Source: Tubulanus polymorphus (taxonomy: Eukaryota > Animalia > Nemertea). From it: a DNA stretch of 64,000 nt. The stretch is from the NCBI RefSeq assembly GCF_964204645.1, contig NC_134035.1, positions 7,029,101 through 7,093,100 of the forward strand, read 5' to 3'. The notes below the pieces were generated by a model, which was given only the letters and a program-made list of their open reading frames with translations, was not told the origin of the DNA and did no database searches. Made by a program: the position numbers and the translations under genes. This document shows positions 27,126 through 36,360 of this stretch, in pieces (positions within the stretch are counted from its first letter, which is position 1; the number at the start of each line of letters is the position of its first letter).

Positions 27126-27212
27126 CGAGCAACGTTTTGGCTAATAAGTAACTATTAGCCATCATCAGGCGTACTGATGATGGCTAATAGTATTTAGCCG
27201 AAACGTTGCTCG
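27126..27212. ncRNA. Inverted pair of minimal hammerhead ribozyme cores (Penelope-type) in a transposase intron
   Basis: Plus strand: CTGATGA(27174)-TGGCTAA-tagtat-TTAGCC-GAAA-CGTTGCTCG. The minus-strand copy at 27126-27168 has GAAA changed to AAAA. A 5-bp spacer separates the two. Confidence 0.7.
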
Positions 27213-28775
27213 AAATATATACAATTTACAATAGAACTTTTTATTTTTGGCTGAATCTATTGTGGGATTTCTCTCTTTAATAATTAGAATCACACAAAAT
27301 TTTGATTAAAAGGTACCAGGTTTTGGATAATTACATGTATGATTTTATTTAGGAGTAGTAAAGCAACTCGAAAAAGCAGCAAAACAGAAAAAATTCAAGA
27401 GTCTTGCAGAGGGGACAAAGTCAATTTCAAATCATCTCTACTGGGTGGCCTCAAACAGTGAGGTTGATGCAGAAATTGTGTTAGCGAAATGGAAGTCAAT
27501 TGTCAACCATGTCGTAGATAAGCATGACGGACATGGTGAGAAATTTAAACATTGCGAACATGGCGATTTGGAGGAAAGAAATTGGCTTAAGTCAGGTTAG
27601 TGTGTCTGACAGTATGAAGATTTTTTATCTAGAGGATGTTTGGAGTAATAAGACTGTATACTCCAAGGAAAATGTTAAAATAATTTTTTCAAAATCTATG
27701 TATGATACACAGAATTGGTGTAAGACTGAATATTGAGATAAAAACTAATTGAAAATGAAGTTATTTTGGTCGAGTATGTCTGATATCTAAGTAGCTCCAT
27801 CTGATGGGATAGCTGGTACCCTATTGTTTTGATATGGAAATCATTACAAATCTGAATAAATTTTGAAATTTCAGGAGTTTTTACCTCCAAATAAGACGAC
27901 TGAGTGAATACATGCATTCAATTTTCTTTTTCTCATATCATTATTCGTTTTAGGTTCTGCATGCCACAAACTGCTCAAAGACATTGTCTTAAAACGAAAT
28001 CTCCTGGCAGATATTGGACAAGTAGCCCCAAGTTCCCAAACATCCGCCTTGGAGTCCTACCACAAAATTGTGATATACTTTGCCCCAAAATCGATGCATT
28101 TCTTCTATGATTCAATGTAGTCAAGGTAAAGAATTATTTAGTTTTATATCAAATATTCGTTTGTCAATGTTTTCCCAAAATTGTTCATTGTGGCATCCAT
28201 TTTCAGGCTTCAGCTCTCAGCTATGCACTTCAATGAAAACAGTGTTCGCGAACAGGCAGTTGACAAATCTGGCAATCCACAATTTAAATTGTCGTATCCA
28301 AAGGCTCGTCATGGTGCACCAGTAGCGAAAGAAGTGAAAGTCCCAATTACCTACAGTGAGTTTTACTAAATTTCTATTTTTTGAAAAATGCTGCAACATC
28401 TCTTTACAGAAACTGTTTCTGATTTTGAATGTACACTTAATTCAATTTCAGATTATTTGTCCGACTGTATTAATGAGGAGATAAGATTAAGAATGGAACA
28501 CGAGAATCATCAGGCAGCTTCTAGAGCATGGAAGCAAATAAGTGTGGCAAGTGAGAAGGGAAATGTGGATAAATTTGATCGGACTGATATCGTGAAAGAA
28601 GAAGTCGTTTTAGCTCATGTTAGCCGATTTAATCTACCTGTGAAATCTAAGTAAAACACAAAGACATCTTAACAATCCATAGATCTGATTTATTATGTAA
28701 TGATACGATGTACAAAAATGATATGGCAAATACAACATTTTATATATAAATCCCTTTTACTTGTCATCCACGAAC

Positions 28776-29945
28776 CTATAACCTCTCTGGTATAGCTGGG
28801 TACTCAAAGCCGGTATAATGTTCATTTGGAGAGGGCCACTTAAGTCGTATTGTTGAGACAACACAGGAAGGCAGGATACGACGATTTCCACGACCAAGTA
28901 TGCCCCATGCCCAACGACAGAAACGACGGTACGCAATGTGTCGATATAATCTGGAAATTAGTATAAACGTGAGAAAGTTGAATTAGAAAATAAATTAAAT
29001 GGTCAAAATATTTTGTGACGATTTAACTAGGTGTGTTCTCAAAATTGTTTTACCTTCTGTTTAGTTTTAATAATGTCATAAATGTTTTAATATTAATTTA
29101 CTAAGCAGTATGTTTTTGATAATCACAGGTATGCATTATTTTTTTAATGAATTTTTAAGGAACTTACTCTTCAACTGGTTCCTCATCACCTACAGGCCAG
29201 TTATCTCGGACGAAATCATAAAAACATACTTTTAAGACCTCGGGCTCGAGGCAGTTTACTCTGAAACCATGCACTTCAGTAATGCAGAGTTCATTGTTGG
29301 CAGTGCTTATTTCTTTAAGGCATGGACAATCTTGGCAGCACACATTCATTCGAGTTTTTTCCATAATGCTGCAGACATTTCTGCACAAACACCTAAAAAT
29401 ATATTCATTTTTAAATATTGTATATTATCTAATTATTTCTTACCTGAAAAAATAAAAATTTGTTCAGCGAATAATCACTATATTTCCTTGTTATTTTTGG
29501 CGCAAAAAATGAGGGTTTTAATCACCTTAATTTTATACAAAAATAGTCTTGCCCACTGAGGAGAGTAGAAATGTAAACCGGGAAAATTGTTTTGCAAACA
29601 AACGGTAGCAATAAAGTTTATTGAATTTGTTTCGATCAGCTGATTGACGTAAACAATTTTACCAAATGCCAGAATCCAACATGGGAATTAATCTACGCAG
29701 TCCTAAACGTATTTATTCTTATTTAATTAATAAAAATATCCTACATACCAGTCCGTATTGTCAGCTCGCTGACGATATTCTTCATCACTGCTTATATCGT
29801 CCGTTGAAGATGAAGCCGAGCTGTCGTCGGAGTTAGGCCTAATTTCCCTATTTGCTGCTAGCGGTTCAAACATGTAAGGAGCCACGTTATTTACGCTCCT
29901 TGCATCTATTTCAGTTATATCCAAAATTTCTTCATCCGATGATAT
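28776..29945 (-). CDS. KolX accessory protein (P2X7 C-terminal 'ballast'-like Cys-rich domain); 3 exons approx. 29945-29748, 29392-29168, 28950-28776; start codon apparently ATA
   Basis: PYMFEP..W/CLCRNVCSIM..VCCQD..CITEVHGFRVNCLEPEVL../LYRHIAYRRFCRWAWGILGRGNRRILPSCVVSTIRLKWPSPNEHYTGFEY; GT-AG introns in matching phase. Confidence 0.88.
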
Positions 29946-30519
29946 TTTGCGACAATAGCACGAATGAATAGCGCTTGAATCGATGTATTGTTCTATTGTT
30001 ATCGCAACATTGGCGAGATCGCTTGTCGGAACCTACGTCACGGCATCGGGCCACCTATCAGAATTTTTATGGACTGGCGTTTCGGCAAATACCGTAAAAA
30101 GTGAAATTTCAACAACCAATTGGAAACCAATGATCAATTTATTTATTGCTTAATTGTCTCTATAATAAATTCTTCAATATAAAAAAACTTCTGATGAAGT
30201 AAAATCGCGGATATAATTAGAGGTCATAGGACCTTTAAGAATTCACTGTGTATTTGTTTACTCTCCATTTATTATACATATTTTTTATTAAAATTGATAA
30301 TTCATCAAATCGTTAATTAATCGTTAGTTTTTATTTTATTTCACTCACCACTCACACTTTACTCACACTGTTTATGTTTAAAAATCAAGAATCGTTAATT
30401 AATCGTTAGTTTTTATTATTATTTTAATTGTCCATGTATTTTACCTATTTTTTAATCGAAATCTATGCAATTCATATAAATAATGTTCATTTTTATGAAA
30501 TTATTAGAAGTAATTGGGA

Positions 30520-31520
30520 AAGTCTTGTTTCAGGTCAAAGGTTGAAAGGGAGAGTGGGCTCGACCTTTCGACCATTGATAGTATATTTTATCACAAGAAA
30601 TTTTGCAAACTCCGCAGTCCAAAGGTTTAGATTGATTGTTTTTAACCAAAGTCTTACTAATTTTGTTTTCATACGTGAAAATGATTTGTTTATCCAATAA
30701 AGGGAGAGAGTGACATTTCAGAGTTCATTGTAGTTCCGTATGTAACTTTATCTTTCGTAGCCATAACAAATGTAGCAGCGTTCTCCTTTTCAAAAATTGC
30801 AAAAAATTCATATGCTTCAAGAAAACTGATCAAAATGAAAACGATGACCAGTGTTCCAAACGTGACTAGCTACGCCACTAGCTGGTTTTTGATTTATTAT
30901 ATCCTTTTTGTGTTCCGAAATTCGAGTTTTCGATTCACGACCAGTTTCTCCAAAGTATATTTTATCACAAGGAATTTTGCAAACTCCGCAGTCCAAAGGT
31001 TTAGATTGATTGTTTTTAACCAAAGTCTTACTAATTTTGTTTTCATACGTGAAAATGATTTGTTTATCCAATAAAGGGAGAGAGTGACATTTCAGAGTTC
31101 ATTGTAGTTCCGTATGTACCCATTTTGGAAAAGTTTCGTCACTCTTTCCCTTTATCGTTTTAATTTTGATAAAGCCGAAATTATTCATACTTCCAGCAAT
31201 TACACTAAACGCCACATAGTTGAGTCTACCCTAATTACTCGTCACTAAGATATTAGTACCAATTTGAATAATGGTTTTTCTCCACACAATTCCCTTCTTT
31301 CTAAATATTTTACTTCATGCCTTGCCAAACTCTAATTATTTACTCACTCACCAATTTACTCAATAAACCTGTTCTCCTCTGTATATATACCCCTGTTTTT
31401 AGTCTATATCTCACACCTGACGATGATCTCTAGGGTGTGATCGAAACGTCGTGTCTTATATATATTTTAGATTGAAAAAAATAAATTCTTGTTTTTAAAT
31501 TCTTTTAATCTGTAAATAGT
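30520..31520. mobile_element. Rearranged Penelope-like retroelement fragments (GIY-YIG endonuclease pieces in both orientations)
   Basis: Minus strand GVCKIPCDKIYFGETGRESKTRISEHKKDI..SGVASHVWNTGHRFHFD; plus strand FNFDKAEIIH..KRHIVES..NLNNG; ~165-bp duplication 30581-30745 / 30955-31118. Confidence 0.85.
31413..31454 (+). ncRNA. Minimal type I hammerhead ribozyme in the Penelope 3' region
   Basis: ACAC-CTGACGA-TGATC..GATC-GAAA-C-GTC-GTGT: intact core, stem I ACAC/GTGT, stem II GATC/GATC, GUC cleavage triplet. Confidence 0.8.
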
Positions 31521-31569
31521 GGGTTTTTTTCTCATAACACATTAAAAATCCAAACTCACACACCTAACA

Positions 31570-32050
31570 GAAAATACGAGAGAAACTATCAAAGCTGTTG
31601 CAGAAGTAAAGGATACGAATATTCTGCAACAGGTAGCGAACAACGATAATAGCTACCACAAGAGTTGTAATTGTTCCTACGCGACAAAATGCAACAACAG
31701 TCGATATAAGAAGAGAGAAGATGATTGTTTTGAATTTGCTTTCCAGTCACTTTTGAAGCAGATAGATGAAAGTTTACAAAATGGTAAATCGTTTCGAATG
31801 AAAGAGCTCCTTAGCTTGTATCATTCATTTTTAGGCGATGCAGATGTCCCAAACGCTGATACTTACTGGTCATATCAGTTGAAAAATAAACTCATAAATC
31901 ATTACGGAGACAAAATATCCTTTAAAACTAAACATGGACGTGGTGCTTCTGGATTGGTTATCGCAAGTGATTAAGCCATAGAAGATGTAATCGAAGATAT
32001 TCATTTTCTTTTAGAATCTAGGCAGGAAAAAGACCATGCCGATAAAAACC
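31570..32050 (+). pseudogene. DNA-transposase N-terminal fragment (possibly Academ-type)
   Basis: YHKSC..Y...AFQSLLKQIDESLQNGKSFRMKELLSLY..YQLKNKLINHYGDKISF pattern; no catalytic region present. Confidence 0.4.
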
Positions 32051-33670
32051 CTGTTGGGTGTAATACATGGCCTCGCGATAGTGAATGAATTTTACATCGA
32101 AAAGAATGGCTCAATATCATTTGGAATCGATATTTTGTTTGCTATTTTCCTTCGTCATATATGGCAAACAAACGCATTAGTAATATTGTATTGATAATAG
32201 TTATTCCAACAATGTTCAGACGCAGTTTCCATGGTGACTGAAAACGCAAATCAAGGTAGCGTTGTTGCTAAAAATGATTGGCAACAAATAAACTATCGTA
32301 TAAACGATAAACATTTTGGTTGTCTCTCGGATGCATTAAAATCGTTACATTTTGATACTGCCATCCGTTTATAAGTCACAGCTTTCTCTGCACAAATAAC
32401 GGAGTTAAACAAAGATACCATTTTATATGTAGTCTGTAATATCATTCATTTTTTATTAACTCTTCTAGATACACCGCACTCGCATGAATCACAATTCCAG
32501 TGGAAAAACACGGTTACTTTGTATAGTGAAAATGAAGAAATTCCGTGTTTTTTTTGGGAAAATTCAGCGATTCCGTGATTCTGCGATATGACAACACCGC
32601 GGGAAAACCCGGTTACTATATACAGTGAAAGTGAATAAATTTCGTGTTTTTTTTTTAAATTTTGCGATTCCGTCATTCCGTGATATGATAACACCGTTAG
32701 ATGCTATTGCTAATTATTTCATTTTAATGTGGGCATGTGCCATTTTAACTTTACATATATCCGCGTTTCTTGATGTGGCTTATCTGTGTTTCGTAACTAA
32801 GCGTTTAACCAGATAAGATATGTACATTCATTAACCTCCGTAGCCTACATTAACCTCTTATCGTAACCTTTCACCCAACAGCAATCCACACTTTTAGTAT
32901 AGGTTTTACTACACGTAACCATATCTAACGTATCCACGTATAATCGTAATTTTGAAGTACGTACATTTTTCAATAAAATTCAATTTTGTTGAATTTAAAG
33001 GAAGAGTGCAATTTGCGGTGGAATCTTTCAAGACCTCTGTAGGCTACTTGTAAGTAATTACGATCAATAATTCTAAAATATAAATCCAGGGCCAGAAATC
33101 TTCTTAGTTCCAATTAATAATATGAAATTAAGATAATTGGCATTATGAAATTAAGATAATGTGATCGAAGAAGTAATGTGAACTAAAGAGAGTACATTTT
33201 TCATCTGTAGACGCATTGCATATGTTGATTTAACGATTCAACTGAATTGATCCTTATAGAATGGTTCTAAGAGAAACTTTCTGTAAGCTCTTGGTGGCAC
33301 AAATTGTATCCACTGGCCTAGTTAAAGTGTTTCAAGAAACTGCAAATGGTCCTCGCAACTGAGCTCCGCCGTGGTAAAATACTGACGGCAAGTGCGTATA
33401 GGCCCTATATTCTAAATCTTTAAAATGACGAGTAGGCTAGGCCTATTATGTAATCTTTATGAATTATACGTAAATGCTTATACTCTAGCAGTAGTAAACT
33501 GACGTTTAATTTTGAAGATATGAATTAAAAATGCACCGGAAAGAAGTCCATATTAAGAATTTCGTTTCTTTTCATATGACAATCCGAGAACAAATCGATT
33601 TTCCGTGTTCAAAACTAAAATATACTCATACACGGTCCTTTCAAGCATTTATCAATTCTTCTTTCAGAAT

Positions 33671-36360
33671 ATGAATTTCAACAGTAGTATCGCCTCTACA
33701 TCTGCAATTATAAAAAACGCGACAAGCATGATTAACGGTTCTGTAAACGTTGATAATTCCACAACAACCGTCGGTGTAAGTGACATGATCATATTAGGCT
33801 GCTAGTTTTGCGATATTGATACTTAAGCTTGTATTATACCCCTTATCCCACAATAATGATAAATAACCCACAATATTGACATTTACTTAAGAGCTTGGCT
33901 AAGATCGACTTAGAGCTTGGATTCAAAATTTCATTTCCAGTCACTATAGGTGAACCAAATTTTACAGTTACAAATGTGAGCATGGTCCCAAGGGCACGTC
34001 CGAAACGACGTGTCTTCCAACTTTTTTATGAAATAAATTTCGTTTTTAATCCGGGATAGCTGACTGTGGTGGTCATCATTGATTCCAACGCGTACACTAT
34101 GGCCAACCGGACATGAAACTGTTCTCTCATTTCCGGCTGGATGCTTAAATCTTAAGACTTAGAGACCTGAAAAAATAAAAACCGGCTGATCGGGTGTTAT
34201 ATTATATCGGGTGTACTATTCTAGTAGATACTGTTGGTTGGTGTCGAGGTCGGTCACAAAGTTGAAATGTTATCTCATGGTCGTTCGGATGAATTTGTCC
34301 GGTAAAGTATATTTAATATTATGTTGTTGTGTGGGACATTGGACACAGGCACTCAAGACCTGTCTGCCATTGTCCTTCGTGCCAATCAATCAATTTATTC
34401 TTCACTTTACTCTTCTGAGGGACCTGTTTTATATAAACTATTTCTTAGTTTCTACAGTTTGTATTATGCTTTGTACACTATGCCGTAAATTGTATTTGAA
34501 AATTAAGTGTTCATCCATTCATTCATTCAGGGCTAGTTGAAGAATGGAAAATACACTTTTGACAATGTTTTCATTCATTGGTGGTACATGTAGTCGGATC
34601 AAGTATAGTATATGGGAAATAGTTCCTTCGGTGTATGATTACATGGAAACGGAAGTTGTGGTTTGGCTTCTCAGACGCAATGTCAAGCGACCATACAGTG
34701 AGAAGTGCCGGCAATTGGATGTAGGTTAGTTTTACTTGCCGACATCGCCGACATTGGTAAAAAGATAATTTTATCTGATGTAGGTTAGTTTTACTTGCCG
34801 ACATTGCCGACATTGAGATCGACGGATCCCAGCCACTTAACATAAGGGTAAATCACGCAAACATCCAGCCCTTCGATCCCAGCCACTTTATGTGAGGGCA
34901 TTCCACGCACACACCCCACGCTCGATCCCAGCAACTTTATATGAGGGTCATCCACGCAAACACCCTAGCCCCTCGATCCCAGCCACTTTATATTAGGGTA
35001 ATCCACGAACACACCCAGCCCATCGACGCGCACACACACACGCACACACGCACACACACACACACACACACCAGGGTAATTCACCCAAGCACACAGCCCT
35101 CGATCCCAGTCACTTTATGTGAGGGTATTCCACGCACACAAACAGCCCTCGATCCCAGCCACTTTACAGAAGAGTAATCCACGCACACACCCAGTCCGTC
35201 GATCTCAATGTCACGATATCGGCAATGTCGGCAAGTAAAACTAACCAAAATTAAATATCTCTTTCCCAATGTCGGCAAGTAAAACTAACCTACATTAAAT
35301 ACATCTTTTCCAATGTCGGCAAGTAAAACTTTAACCTACATAAGAAATTTCTTTCCCAATGTCGGCGATGTCGGCAAGTAAAACTAATCTACATTAAATA
35401 TATCTTTCCCAAATGTCGGCGATGTCGGCAAGTAAAAACTAAACTACATTAAATATATCTTTCCCAATGTCAGCGATGTCGGCAAGTAAAACTAACCTAC
35501 ATTAAAAATCTCTTTACCATGTCGGCGATGTCGGCGATTTCGGCAAGTAAATCTAACCTACACTGATCTCTGGCGCATTGATTTTTTTCTTTTGATAAGT
35601 CTCATCGTTCTACTTTTCCGCATACTATACTCGAGCCGTATATTTTAGCTTAAAGAACGAAGAACGGTTAAAAATCAAAATGCTGCCTATCTGGTCAATA
35701 TTTCCAAAAAGTTCGCAACTAGGCTTATTTTAAGGAGTCAAGCAATGATACCTTTCAGCCGCCTGCACAAGAGCGAATACGCAGGGGTTAGTAAATTGTG
35801 AAGTGTCTACACTTGTATGACAATTATTGATAAAGAGAACATGATTATTGATACATCTCGATCGAGATTGGGGGCCTTGCATGGGGAAAATTGTGTTTTT
35901 ATTAATCTAAGGAACTCTAAATCATAACGAAAATGATATCCATGTGATAGATCAATGATTTTTGTTTCCGAAATTGATATGCTAGCCGCTAATCATTTTT
36001 GACGCATGCGCATAGCAAACAGTCGGAAATTATCGAAGTATGTGGCCACGGGGAACATTACCCGCACATGAGGGCGGTATTCTGCTCGGCTTAAGATTCA
36101 AAATGAACCTTAATTTCTTTCAGACGATCAATGGCAGTACGGACGTACCAACGAGCTTACCTATCACATCGATGCAACCTATCGTCATTGAAGTGGACTA
36201 CACTGGTTTGTATGTAACCAATGTAATATTCTGCTGTATTGTGCTCTTGGGATTCTTTTCGATACACATCTACCACGTTGTGAAAAAAAGGCAGAAACTA
36301 AACCTTAGCAAAAATGTAGTAGCTCCATTGAAGGACGGTGTGACCGCCGCATCACTCTAG
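33671..36360 (+). CDS. Small single-pass membrane protein (~113 aa); exons 33671-33775 and 36124-36360
   Basis: Phase-0 GT-AG join; S/T-rich N-terminus with several N-x-S/T sequons; TM segment GLYVTNVIFCCIVLLGFFSIHIY followed by a basic KKRQK stop-transfer. Confidence 0.65.
34592..35642. mobile_element. Foldback/MITE-like element with modular inverted repeats in the intron
   Basis: Imperfect TIRs (cggatcaagtatagtat / atactatactcgagccg); GTAGGTTAGTTTTACTTGCCGACAT x2 on the left versus ~7 inverted copies on the right; central ~49-bp CTCGATCCCAGCCACTTT units and (CA)n. Confidence 0.7.

Larger units (their letters stand above)
25400..28654 (+). pseudogene. Kolobok transposase, spliced (exons approx. 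25400-25562, 25730-26022, 26178-26757, 26866-27050, 27352-27594, 27953-28125, 28208-28356, 28452-28654)
   Basis: THAP tail EDCF...LKKGAIPTIF; GDGRCCSPGHTAKYGSYS; MELEGF..ITTNRH (usually TDRH)..HFFDAWHISKG; TSALESYHKIVIYFAPK; AMHFNENSVREQA. Frameshift near 26545; the THAP N-terminus is missing. Confidence 0.88.
23606..30234 (+). mobile_element. Kolobok-superfamily DNA transposon
   Basis: Perfect 16-bp TIRs AGGTCCTATGACCTCT; TTAA TSD (23602-23605, 30235-30238); AG...CT termini; convergent THAP-DDE transposase and KolX genes. Confidence 0.93.
11165..30420. mobile_element. Decayed endogenous pPolB-encoding virus (Polinton/Maverick-like); left part missing; interrupted at ~12250-13150, 17817-21012 and 23606-30234
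   Basis: Intronless, tightly packed, extremely AT-rich ORFs. Includes a pPolB C-terminus and capsid- and penton-like pseudogenes. Viral ORFs rejoin across the nested insertions. No integrase, packaging ATPase or protease was seen in the window. Confidence 0.8.

Noticed and set aside
28776-29945. Host P2X7 purinergic receptor gene
   Set aside because: No TM or ectodomain exons, and it lies inside Kolobok TIRs, so it is KolX.
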